A program made the translations under genes and the position numbers. The notes beneath the pieces are model-generated. The model made no database searches. It was given only the letters and a program-made list of their open reading frames with translations, and was not told the origin of the DNA. From a virus: a DNA stretch of 64,000 bases. Location: IMG/VR virus record IMGVR_UViG_3300047445_000186, positions 129,829 to 193,828 of that record; one strand, given 5' to 3'. Below, one piece after another: positions 54,505 to 63,546 of the stretch (its first letter is position 1; each line of letters begins with the position of its first letter).

Positions 54505-54926
54505 ATCCGTTCAAGCGCACTGGTTTCGATTCGATCATTGGCAAGGGCATGGTCGTTCTTGGCGATCTTCTCCTGCAAGAAGGCACAACCACTGTGATTG
54601 ACGGCACGCTAGCCGGTCAAGACATCCGCGTTCATAACACGACCCCTGACAAGGTTGATGTGAAGACCACTCTCGTCGTTGGCGGATCGGTTTCAATCGC
54701 GCGTGGTGATCTGAATTCCGGTGGCACGATCCGAGTGCCGAACGTGACGGTCGCTGGTGTCCTCGAATGCGAAACGCTGATCTGCGAAGGCCGCCTCGCT
54801 CTGAAGGCTGGTGCGAAGATCGTTGCGAAACAGATCCAGTACCGTGACATCGTGATCGAGAACGGCGCAATCGTTCTGAGTCAAATGATGCACCTTGATC
54901 ACATCTCTGCCGGGGAGCAGACCTAA
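54501..54926 (+). CDS. bactofilin-like protein
   Basis: ATGA overlap with folA. Repetitive beta-helix pattern (IIGKGMVVLGDL..., IDGTLAGQDIRV, VVGGSVSIARGDL, IRVPNVTVAGVLECETLICEGRLALKAGAKIVA). Confidence 0.55.
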   Translation: MNPFKRTGFDSIIGKGMVVLGDLLLQEGTTTVIDGTLAGQDIRVHNTTPDKVDVKTTLVVGGSVSIARGDLNSGGTIRVPNVTVAGVLECETLICEGRLALKAGAKIVAKQIQYRDIVIENGAIVLSQMMHLDHISAGEQT

Positions 54927-55156
54927 TGGCCCTCACCTACCTGTTGGTTCAATACGCGGAGGCCGATCACGGCGCGCATCTCCGCCAGTTCTTCGGCGAT
55001 CTCGACGAGGTCCAAGCGTTCCTGACCCTGCCAGAGAACGCATGGCAGAAGTGGGAGATCCTGAAGATCGAGAAGCAGATCAAATACTCGAACAAGGTCG
55101 TGGTCAACATCTGGCCCGACGAGTCCACCACCCCACCCAAGGAGGCCTTCCTATGA
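54926..55156 (+). CDS. hypothetical small protein (76 aa)
   Basis: TAATG overlap. Confidence 0.4.
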   Translation: MALTYLLVQYAEADHGAHLRQFFGDLDEVQAFLTLPENAWQKWEILKIEKQIKYSNKVVVNIWPDESTTPPKEAFL

Positions 55157-55410
55157 AATCAGGACTCGGCGTTTGCGTCGTGATCGGCGCGCTGTTCCTT
55201 GGGATTGTCTCAGGTCTGGTCTTGATCAAGACTCGGTACGTGCGTAATCAACCAAAAACTGCTGTGACGGTCACAGTGACCGAACCAGTTGCAACCCAAA
55301 TTATCAATGGCGCCATCAGCGCTCATTGCAAGTACGCCCACTACATCCATGGTGGGTTCGGCCTCGGGAATTGCGAGGAATCACATCCCAATCCTGAGAA
55401 GACCGAGTGA
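55153..55410 (+). CDS. small membrane protein (about 85 aa)
   Basis: ATGA overlap. TM helix GVCVVIGALFLGIVSGLVLI. Confidence 0.4.
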   Translation: MKSGLGVCVVIGALFLGIVSGLVLIKTRYVRNQPKTAVTVTVTEPVATQIINGAISAHCKYAHYIHGGFGLGNCEESHPNPEKTE

Positions 55411-55540
55411 ATTGCGACTAAACCGCATACAATCAAATCTTCAGTGATTCATTCTGTTGCGTACTTGAGAGAAGAAGTGCACAATTCATTGGATCGTCGA
55501 AACCCTCTCTTTAGCTTTACCACTGGAGCATAACTCGCAT

Positions 55541-57499
55541 ATGTCAGCTCTCAAGTCTCTCTCGGCGAAATACGCAGAGAAATTCGCAGCACCGGAAGTC
55601 ATGTCGCTCGAAGCGTACCTGGACCTGTGCAAAACCGAACCTCTGGCATATGCCACCGCCGCAGAGCGGATGGTCGCAGCCATTGGCCAACCTGTTGTGG
55701 TTGACACGTCGGAAGACCCACGTCTCTCGCGCATCCACAGCAACAAGAAGATCCGCACGTACGATGCATTCAAGGAATACTACGGCGGTGAAGATCAGAT
55801 CGAACGTCTCGTTGCGTACTTCCGCAATGCAGCCGCAGGTCTGGAAGAATCGAAGCAGATTCTGTACCTGAAGGGTCCAGTCGGCGGCGGGAAGTCCAGC
55901 CTGGTCGAGCTCCTGAAGGCTCTGATGGAAAAGCACCCGTTCTACGCTCTGTACGATGCGAGCGAAAAGGATGCGGAACTGCGGACCTCGCCAGTGTTCG
56001 AATCGCCGCTCGGTCTGTTCAACAAGCACGACCCCGATCACCAAGCGGTTCTCGCTGACTCGGGCATCCCAGTGGGCTACGCTGGTCAAGCAGTTCTGTC
56101 GGGCTGGGCACTGAAGAAGCTCGAAGAATTCGGCGGCGACATCACGCGTTTCAGCGTCGTGAAGCTCTGGCCGAACAAGGACACGCAAGTCGGCGTGATG
56201 AAGGTCGAGCCGGGCGACGAGAACAACCAAGACGTCTCTGTGCTGGTCGGCAAGACTGATCTGCGGAAGCTCGAGAAGTTCAGCCAGAATCACCCGTACG
56301 CTTACACATACGGTGGTGGTCTGAATCGCACGAACCAAGGCCTGATGGACTTCGCCGAAATGTTCAAGGCGAACATCAAGACGCTGAACCCGTTGCTGAT
56401 GGCTACGCAAGAGCACAACTACAACGGTACCGAAGCGATCCCAGCGATGCCTTACACCGGCATTATCTGCGCGCACAGCAACGAGTCCGAGTGGTTCGCG
56501 TTCAAGAACAACAAGACGAACGAAGCGTTCCTTGACCGTGTGTACATCGTGGACGTGCCGTACTGCCTCCGCGTCGACGAAGAAGTGAAGATCTATCAGA
56601 AGCTGATCGCGGGCTCCTCGCTCTCGAAGGCACCGATGGCTCCGTACACTCTCGAGCTGCTCGCTCAGTGGATGGTTCTGACTCGCCTGAAGGAGCCAGA
56701 GAACTCGACGCTGATGGCGAAGATGAAGGTCTATAACGGCGAGAACGTGAAGGACACGATGCCGAACGCAAAGCCGTACGAAGAGTACCGCGATGCTGCC
56801 GGGAACGACGAAGGTATGAGCGGCCAAAGCACTCGATTCGCGTTCAAGATCCTGTCGCAATCGTTCGATCTGCGCCCTGAAGAACAACAGGCAAACCCTG
56901 TGGATCTGATGTACGTGATCGACGCCGCGGTCAAGAAGGAATCGCTGCCGGAAGAAACCGAGAAGAAGCTCCTGACGCTGATCAAGGATCTGCAACGGAA
57001 GTACTTCGATTTCCTCGAAAAGGAACTGCGCGCTGCCTACCTCGACTCGTTCAACAGCTTCGGCCAGAACATGTTCGATCGGTACTTCCTGTTCGCTGAA
57101 GCCTGGATTGCTGATGAGCAATGCCGCGATCCGGAAACTCATCAGATGATGAACCGCGAGAAGCTGAACGCAGCTCTCGAAGAGACCGAAAAGCCGGCTG
57201 GGATCGTGAATGCCAAGGACTTCCGGAACGAGATCGTGAACTACGTGCTGCGGTACAAGAACAAGCACGACGTCGCTCCTCGCTGGAACGAGTACGAGAA
57301 GATCAAGGTCGTGCTCGAGAAGCGGATGTTCAGCGCAACCGAGAACATCATGCCAGTCGTGTCGTTCGGTCCGAAGGGTGACAAGGAAGCTGAAGAGAAG
57401 CACACGAAGTTCGTCGAGCGCATGATCGAGAACGGGTACAGCGAAAACCAAGTGAAGATCCTGGTGTCCTGGTGGTCGCAAAACAAGAAAGCTGCATAA
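55541..57499 (+). CDS. prkA: PrkA/YeaG-family serine protein kinase (AAA+ N-terminus)
   Basis: AYATAAERM, DPRLSRIHSN and Walker A QILYLKGPVGGGKSSLVELLK are near-identical to E. coli YeaG / B. subtilis PrkA. 652 aa. RBS present. Confidence 0.95.
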   Translation: MSALKSLSAKYAEKFAAPEVMSLEAYLDLCKTEPLAYATAAERMVAAIGQPVVVDTSEDPRLSRIHSNKKIRTYDAFKEYYGGEDQIERLVAYFRNAAAGLEESKQILYLKGPVGGGKSSLVELLKALMEKHPFYALYDASEKDAELRTSPVFESPLGLFNKHDPDHQAVLADSGIPVGYAGQAVLSGWALKKLEEFGGDITRFSVVKLWPNKDTQVGVMKVEPGDENNQDVSVLVGKTDLRKLEKFSQNHPYAYTYGGGLNRTNQGLMDFAEMFKANIKTLNPLLMATQEHNYNGTEAIPAMPYTGIICAHSNESEWFAFKNNKTNEAFLDRVYIVDVPYCLRVDEEVKIYQKLIAGSSLSKAPMAPYTLELLAQWMVLTRLKEPENSTLMAKMKVYNGENVKDTMPNAKPYEEYRDAAGNDEGMSGQSTRFAFKILSQSFDLRPEEQQANPVDLMYVIDAAVKKESLPEETEKKLLTLIKDLQRKYFDFLEKELRAAYLDSFNSFGQNMFDRYFLFAEAWIADEQCRDPETHQMMNREKLNAALEETEKPAGIVNAKDFRNEIVNYVLRYKNKHDVAPRWNEYEKIKVVLEKRMFSATENIMPVVSFGPKGDKEAEEKHTKFVERMIENGYSENQVKILVSWWSQNKKAA

Positions 57500-57576
57500 G
57501 CTAAAGCAGCTCTGAGAGGGTGAAGGCGGAGTGGAGGATATCCCTCCGCCTTCTTTAGTTTCGAACTAGGACAAGT

Positions 57577-58950
57577 ATGGAAAAGCTTCCAGTAGCAACA
57601 TATATTTTCGTGGATCGTCGGAAGACGGGCCGCGGCAAGTCGCTTCCGAATCGTCATCGTCTGCTGCGTCGGATTAAGGACGCGATCCGCGCATCGCAAC
57701 CGCAGGACATCGATGCTGGTGGTGTGAAGGGCGCTGCATCTCCGCAATCGGCATCATCTGGGAACGCCGTGAAGGTCACGCGGAACTCACTGCATGAGCC
57801 GACGTTTCATTACGCGAGCGGTACCGGGAATCACAACATCGTTCTGATCGGAAATGATCAGTGGGAACGTGGTGATGACTTCCCTCTGAGTGATGAAGAC
57901 TCGGGTGCAGGGAACGGCCAAGGCGGACCAGGCGACGATGGTGAAGACGACTTCATCGTGAACATCTCGCGTGATGAGTTCTACAATGTGTTCTTCGAAG
58001 ATTGCGAGCTGCCGAATCTGCAAGAGACGCATGAGAAGGAACTGCCTGAGATGGTTCCAAAGCACGCTGGCTTCCAGAAGGAAGGTAACCCAGCGCAGCT
58101 GAACGTGATTCGCTCGTACAAGAACGCGCTGCCACGCCGTCGTGCGCTGACCACCGAAGCACGTGAACAGCTCGAGGAACTTGAGGCCGAGTACGAGAAG
58201 CTCATGAATGAGCTGGGCTCGCAGTTCACGCTCGCATCGCGCGCTGAAGTGATCCAAGACCGGATGGCCGAGATTGAAGAGCAGATCACTGCACTCCGCA
58301 GTCGGATCAGTGCTGTGCCGTTCTTCGAGAAGCTCGATCTGCGGTACACGAAGAAAGAGAAGGTCATGGTGAAGTCGGCTGACGCCGTGTTCATCATGCT
58401 CATGGACATCTCTGGTTCGATGGACGAGACCAAGAAGCGTCTTGCACGAAAGTTCTTCTCGCTTCAGTACGCGTTCATCAAGCGTAAGCACCCAGGTACG
58501 GACCTCGTGTTCGTGGCGCACACTGAAACGCCTGTTGAAATGCAGGAAGAAGAGTTCTTCACGACCCGTAAGAACGGTGGCACGATCGTTTCGCCAGCGT
58601 ACAAGCTCGTGAATGATATCGTGAAGGCGCGGTACGACGCAACGCAGACGAATCTCTATCTGTCGCAAGCATCTGACGGTGACAACTGGGACGATGACAA
58701 TGCGGAGATCATTCCAGAACTCGAGGACAGTGGCCTGCTCTCAAAGCTCCGTCACATGAGCTACGTTCAGGTCGGTGTTCCGTACGACTACGGCGGCTAC
58801 TCGTTCGGTACCTCGATGTTGACGCTGTGGACGACTCTGACGTCGATCGCGAACACATCGAAGAAGCTCTCGATGGTCAAGATCGCTGATGACACGCAAG
58901 TGTTCGACGCGTTCCACAAGATCTACAAGAAGAGCAATCAGACGAAATGA
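57577..58950 (+). CDS. yeaH: YeaH/YhbH-family protein (DUF444, vWA-like)
   Basis: VFIMLMDISGSMDE, FFTTRKNGGTIVSPAYKL and YLSQASDGDNWDDD are conserved YeaH blocks. 457 aa. Confidence 0.9.
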   Translation: MEKLPVATYIFVDRRKTGRGKSLPNRHRLLRRIKDAIRASQPQDIDAGGVKGAASPQSASSGNAVKVTRNSLHEPTFHYASGTGNHNIVLIGNDQWERGDDFPLSDEDSGAGNGQGGPGDDGEDDFIVNISRDEFYNVFFEDCELPNLQETHEKELPEMVPKHAGFQKEGNPAQLNVIRSYKNALPRRRALTTEAREQLEELEAEYEKLMNELGSQFTLASRAEVIQDRMAEIEEQITALRSRISAVPFFEKLDLRYTKKEKVMVKSADAVFIMLMDISGSMDETKKRLARKFFSLQYAFIKRKHPGTDLVFVAHTETPVEMQEEEFFTTRKNGGTIVSPAYKLVNDIVKARYDATQTNLYLSQASDGDNWDDDNAEIIPELEDSGLLSKLRHMSYVQVGVPYDYGGYSFGTSMLTLWTTLTSIANTSKKLSMVKIADDTQVFDAFHKIYKKSNQTK

Positions 58951-59019
58951 AGTCACAACCCGGTCTTCGCAAGTACCGGGTTGTTTACTGAATATGATAG
59001 ACTGATCATAAGGACTTAA

Positions 59020-60564
59020 ATGGACAAACTCGTCATTGACTCTCGCACCGACTGGACGCCTGAAATCCTGCGCCGTGCTTGGGACGAAATTGCAAAGATC
59101 TCGGTCGAAGAGCTCGAGCTGGTTCCTGGCAAGGACCTGTACCCGAATCAGTTCGAGATCGTTTCGGCCGAGCAGATGCTCGATGCGTACGCCTCGATCG
59201 GTCTGCCAGTGCACTACAATCACTGGAGCTTCGGCAAGGAATTCCTGCAGAACCAGAAGTCGTACGAGAAGGGCCAATCCGGCCTGGCGTACGAAATGGT
59301 CATTAACAGCAATCCTTGCGTGAACCTGTTGATGGAAGAGAACCTTGCGTACATGCAAGTGATGGTCATGGCGCACGCTGGCGTCGGCCATAACGCAGTG
59401 TTCGCGAACAACGTGTACTTCAAGGAGTGGACGGCTGCAGGTTCGATCATCGACTACATGCTGTTCGCACGTGACTACATCCGCCATTGCGAAGAGCGGT
59501 ACGGCGAGCGTGAAGTTGAAGAGGTGCTCGATGCTGCGCACTCCCTCGCATCGCACGGGATTGATAAGTACAAGCGGAAGCATCGTCCGCATCTGAGCGA
59601 AGAGCAACGTCTGAAGAAGCTCATGAGCGCCGATGACCAGCGCCAGCGTGAACTCGACGTGATCATGCTGAAGACGTCGCTGAATCGCGCCGATGAAGAA
59701 GAACTGATGCTCGACGAAGGCGAATCGTTCGAAGACGGCGAAGAGAATCTGCTGTACTTCATCATGAAGAAGTCGCCGAATCTCGAGCGTTGGAAGCGCG
59801 AAGTTATCCGGATCGTGCACAAGATCAATCAGTACTTCTCGCCGCAAGGTCCGACGAAGACTCTGAATGAAGGTTGCGCCACGTTCTGCCACTGGTACAT
59901 CATGAAGCGTCTCGAAGAAAAGGGTATTATCACCCCCGACGCGTACATGGCTTATCTGCACTCGCACAGCGGCGTGGTCTTCCAACCGTCGTACAAGAGC
60001 AAGTACTACAGCGGCCCGAACCCGTACGCCCTTGGGTTCAACATCCTGAAGGACGTGAAGCGGATCTGCGAAGGCGGTGAATGGATCGAGAAGTCTAGTG
60101 GTCGTGAATGGGTCGCTATCACCGACGAAGACCGCGCATGGATGCCACATCTGGTCGGCAAGCGCTGGCAAGACATGATCAAGGAAGCTTCGTTCGAACA
60201 CCGTGATGACTCGTTCATCCAGCAGTACCTGTCGCCGAAGGTCATTCGTGACATGAAGCTCTTCACTGTCGGAATTCGGTACTCGGAAGACGAAGACTAC
60301 AAGCACCCGACTGCTACGGCTACGGTTGACGAGATTCACGATGACCTCGGTTACGCGAACATTCGGACTGCTCTGGCTCGCTCGAAGGAACGCGTGAACT
60401 ACGTCCCGCAGATCGTGGTCGTGGACGCTGATTTGGAAGGTGACCGCACTCTCCATCTGCGGTACGATTCGTACATGGGCCGTGAGCTCGATGAGTCTGA
60501 CGCCGAAGAAGTCGTGCAGTACCTGGACTTCCTCTGGGGTTACCCAGTCAGGCTCGAAGCATGA
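59020..60564 (+). CDS. spoVR: SpoVR/YcgB-family protein
   Basis: GLAYEMVINSNPCVNLLMEENLAYMQVMVMAHAGVGHNAVFANNVYF is a conserved SpoVR/YcgB block. 514 aa. Confidence 0.9.
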   Translation: MDKLVIDSRTDWTPEILRRAWDEIAKISVEELELVPGKDLYPNQFEIVSAEQMLDAYASIGLPVHYNHWSFGKEFLQNQKSYEKGQSGLAYEMVINSNPCVNLLMEENLAYMQVMVMAHAGVGHNAVFANNVYFKEWTAAGSIIDYMLFARDYIRHCEERYGEREVEEVLDAAHSLASHGIDKYKRKHRPHLSEEQRLKKLMSADDQRQRELDVIMLKTSLNRADEEELMLDEGESFEDGEENLLYFIMKKSPNLERWKREVIRIVHKINQYFSPQGPTKTLNEGCATFCHWYIMKRLEEKGIITPDAYMAYLHSHSGVVFQPSYKSKYYSGPNPYALGFNILKDVKRICEGGEWIEKSSGREWVAITDEDRAWMPHLVGKRWQDMIKEASFEHRDDSFIQQYLSPKVIRDMKLFTVGIRYSEDEDYKHPTATATVDEIHDDLGYANIRTALARSKERVNYVPQIVVVDADLEGDRTLHLRYDSYMGRELDESDAEEVVQYLDFLWGYPVRLEA

Positions 60565-60761
60565 TCTTCCTTGTTGCAGGGTCCGTTCGTAAAACGGACT
60601 ATGAAGGGGAAACCAGAAGCTTCAAGGTAATCCGTCTCGTCGAAGCAGAAGACGAGACGGAAGCTGACCAGAAGTTCAGCGAGTACTTCAGGGCGAAGAC
60701 TCGTGAGTACAGCACGTACTACTCGGCAACGGCGGACGAAATTAGTGAAATGATCGTATGA
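60561..60761 (+). CDS. hypothetical small protein (66 aa)
   Basis: ATGA overlap with spoVR. Confidence 0.4.
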   Translation: MIFLVAGSVRKTDYEGETRSFKVIRLVEAEDETEADQKFSEYFRAKTREYSTYYSATADEISEMIV

Positions 60762-61120
60762 ATACTGAATTCCAAACTGGTGACCGCGTGATCGTGAACG
60801 GGCACGGCGATCTGTACTTCGAGTACGAATCCCGTGCGTTCATCGGGAACGCGTGCACGGTCCTGAAGAAGACGAAAGGTGGTCTGTACCACGTCTCCTT
60901 GGACAGCGATCCGAAGAAGACGTACTCGCTGGCGAAGCGCAATCTTGACCCGATTCCCGATTACAGCTTGCCAGCTTTCGTGCAGGCAACGGAGCCCGGG
61001 GCAGTGCAGTACGAGATCATTTACAAGATCCCACCTCGGGGACCGAGACAGGTCTTCTACATCGAGCCTGATCCGACCAAGATCAAGCGAGCGAAAATAC
61101 AGGCATTAGGTGACAAATAG
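60758..61120 (+). CDS. hypothetical protein (120 aa)
   Basis: ATGA overlap. Confidence 0.45.
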   Translation: MNTEFQTGDRVIVNGHGDLYFEYESRAFIGNACTVLKKTKGGLYHVSLDSDPKKTYSLAKRNLDPIPDYSLPAFVQATEPGAVQYEIIYKIPPRGPRQVFYIEPDPTKIKRAKIQALGDK

Positions 61121-61214
61121 CGTTCAGCTGTTCCATTGAAAATTCCGTTGTAAATAGAGTTCCACCGTTGCTTTTGACGGTGGAACTTTTATTGCTTTTA
61201 CAAAGGAAAATTTC

Positions 61215-62117
61215 ATGACAGCAATTTCTCAACTCGATCTTTCTACAACCTCGGCAATTCCAGCAACGCCACCCACAGGTGAACTCACCGTCACGGCAAA
61301 GGTTAGCAACAACAGCGTGCTTTACGGAGCACCGTATACCCGGCTGACAACCACAGATGAGTTTGGCAAAACTCGCAGTTTGGTGATCACTGACACGCCA
61401 TCACTTGTTCTTGAAACTTCCGGTGGCAATGTGACAATCCCGACTGCCACAGCAGCAATTCCTACGTCTAGCTTCGCAACTGGACACGTACAGTTTGGAA
61501 ATGCCGGTACCCCCGCAGCATCCCCATATTTCTGGGGTAGTTCAGACAGCACCAGCGCATATCTTGCGCTTGGGTACGATATGGCTGCAACAGGTTATGG
61601 ACCCGCATCTGTGCCGACGACGATCATTATTGGTGGCCAACACAACATTATTTCTGATCCAAATTTGACATATTCGCCAAATCTGGCGCTTGGTCTGAAT
61701 GTGCTGTCAAATGGAACGATGCTCTTGCAAGCTAAGTCAAACCCTGGCACGAGCTCGTCGTATGTCACGCTTCAAGCAAGCACTGGTATCGTCTTCAAGG
61801 ACAATGCGAACGTGGTTCTGGCGACTGTGACCTCTGCAACAGGCAATCTCACGTTCCTTAAGAGCTCCGGCACGATTTCGTACAACGAATCTGGCGGTAA
61901 CAAGCGGACGGGTGTGGCAACTCTCGTTGGTGGTACTGTGACGATTTCAGTGACAGGTCTTGCGTCCGGCAATCGCTTCTTCCTGACGAATCAGAATGGT
62001 GGCACAGCCCCTGGTTCGTTGTACGTCTCTTCGTGGAATTCGTCTGGGTTCACGATCAGCTCGACATCGGCAACTGACGACTGCAAGGTTGCATGGCTAA
62101 TCACGAACAGCAACTAA
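61215..62117 (+). CDS. Thr/Ser/Gly-rich protein (possible virion fibre/adhesin-like)
   Basis: RBS AAAGGAAAA. Low-complexity T/S/G/A-rich beta-type composition, 300 aa. Confidence 0.45.
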   Translation: MTAISQLDLSTTSAIPATPPTGELTVTAKVSNNSVLYGAPYTRLTTTDEFGKTRSLVITDTPSLVLETSGGNVTIPTATAAIPTSSFATGHVQFGNAGTPAASPYFWGSSDSTSAYLALGYDMAATGYGPASVPTTIIIGGQHNIISDPNLTYSPNLALGLNVLSNGTMLLQAKSNPGTSSSYVTLQASTGIVFKDNANVVLATVTSATGNLTFLKSSGTISYNESGGNKRTGVATLVGGTVTISVTGLASGNRFFLTNQNGGTAPGSLYVSSWNSSGFTISSTSATDDCKVAWLITNSN

Positions 62118-62140
62118 TCAGGTCCGCCTGAAATGAACGA

Positions 62141-62166
62141 GGGACCCTAGGGTCCCTTTCTTGTTT
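62141..62166. terminator. palindromic terminator element copy 3 (GGGACC-CTAG-GGTCCC, then TTTCTTGTTT), between convergent genes
   Basis: Seen directly. The symmetric stem allows bidirectional termination. Confidence 0.65.
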
Positions 62167-62222
62167 AGCCTATCACCTTCGCCGTTCGAGTGCAACCGGC
62201 GTCGCCTGGTGAGACCGAGCCG

Positions 62223-62798
62223 CTATACGACCCAGGTACCGAGCCTGGCCTTCGCCTCGTCGAACGGAATTCCGAGACCGGACTTCGTATCCCGAAGAAC
62301 CAGGCTGATCACCCAACGTTCTTCGTTCGTGCTGTTGAACACTGCATGTGGCTGCCCAACGTTCACGAGGGTTGGTGTGCCAATTGATTGCGCATGTTTT
62401 GGCCGAACATCAGCTTCATTGATCTGGCCGTACGAAAATCCACAGATGTTCGTGGACGATTTGATCAACGAAGGATCATTCAATCGGTACCAGATCATCA
62501 AGCTTCCAGCCGCCCCGTAGCAGAAGTTCAGCTTTGCGAAGTTGTTCAGCTCGCCGCTGTCAAGGTGAACCCTGAGCTTCGCCTTTGGCGGGGTGTGAAA
62601 GATCTCGCAGACCGCGACACGCATGCCAATGCGATTCAGGAATTCCAGCAGCTTCATCGGGAGCTTTGCGGCTCCCATGGTCGTATGCAGGAACGATGTC
62701 CGTGGAACTTCACGGACTACGAGTGGTTCAAGATTACACTCGAACGGGAGTTTGATGTTTGCCGCGTACATTTCGTGTCCTAATGACCTTGATGACAT
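62223..62798 (-). CDS. cupin-fold oxygenase-like protein (paralog of 22125..22691)
   Basis: CEIFHTPPKAKLRVHLDSGELNNFAKLNFCYGAAGSLMIWYRL closely matches the 22125 product. Confidence 0.5.
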   Translation of the reverse strand: MSSRSLGHEMYAANIKLPFECNLEPLVVREVPRTSFLHTTMGAAKLPMKLLEFLNRIGMRVAVCEIFHTPPKAKLRVHLDSGELNNFAKLNFCYGAAGSLMIWYRLNDPSLIKSSTNICGFSYGQINEADVRPKHAQSIGTPTLVNVGQPHAVFNSTNEERWVISLVLRDTKSGLGIPFDEAKARLGTWVV

Positions 62799-63546
62799 AC
62801 TGGCCTAAATCAAACCTACCGAAACGCGTATCCTTTGGGCGAGCATGATGATGACCATGCTCCCACTCACCGCCAGTAAAGAGAAGAAATTCCAACCAGC
62901 CCTGGTCAAGAGGGCCTTCGGAGTCGTGTGCGAAGACTTGGTGCGCGGACCCCACAAAGTGCAGCCACCCCAGAGGAATGAGGTAGCAGAACAGGAGAGC
63001 GTTCACTCCAAAAGCCAGCAGACCGAGAACTGCTCCAGCGACGACGAGGCTGTAGTAGTTGTGCAGGAATCGATGCATCGGATTCCGGTACAGTCGGCTG
63101 ATTACGCGACGATTGAACGTCGTTGGTCGGTTCTTCTTCCAAAACAGATACTCCCAACCAGTGTAATGCGGATCTTTGTCAGTGTCAGAGTACTTGTGGT
63201 GCGAAGAGTGCATCCCCGCCCATTGAACCGTGGATCCATAAACGGCAAGTGTGCCTAGGATACCGAACGTCCAGTGCCAGAACTTGCTCGTCTTGAACGC
63301 AGCATGACAGAACAGACGATGCAGGCCGACCGTCACGCCCATCAAAATCCAGAGCGTAAAGAACAGCATTGGCAGCAGCCAAAGCAGACTAGCCGCGCCC
63401 GTGCAAAGCAAGTATCCACCGTACAGCATCGCCGCGAAGCCGACATACGACGCGATTGGCGTCATCAGCAGGCGGTGTCCGAAGATTTTGTCAGGCCTAG
63501 TCATGGAATTCGAGAAGAATGACGTCATGAAGCGCAAGCACTTCAC
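62734..63546 (-). CDS. membrane fatty-acid desaturase (second copy)
   Basis: His boxes HRLFCH, HSSHHKY and HGHHHARP, plus TM helices. Confidence 0.8.
   Translation of the reverse strand: MKCLRFMTSFFSNSMTRPDKIFGHRLLMTPIASYVGFAAMLYGGYLLCTGAASLLWLLPMLFFTLWILMGVTVGLHRLFCHAAFKTSKFWHWTFGILGTLAVYGSTVQWAGMHSSHHKYSDTDKDPHYTGWEYLFWKKNRPTTFNRRVISRLYRNPMHRFLHNYYSLVVAGAVLGLLAFGVNALLFCYLIPLGWLHFVGSAHQVFAHDSEGPLDQGWLEFLLFTGGEWEHGHHHARPKDTRFGRFDLGQYVIKVIRTRNVRGKHQTPVRV

Noticed and set aside
55544-57481. 645-aa minus-strand ORF antisense to prkA
   Set aside because: The + strand product is near-identical to YeaG/PrkA throughout. The antisense frame is open only because of codon bias, and its product is low-complexity and Arg/Val/Leu/His-rich.
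58741-60456. 571-aa minus-strand ORF antisense to spoVR
   Set aside because: Same reasoning. The + strand encodes conserved SpoVR blocks.
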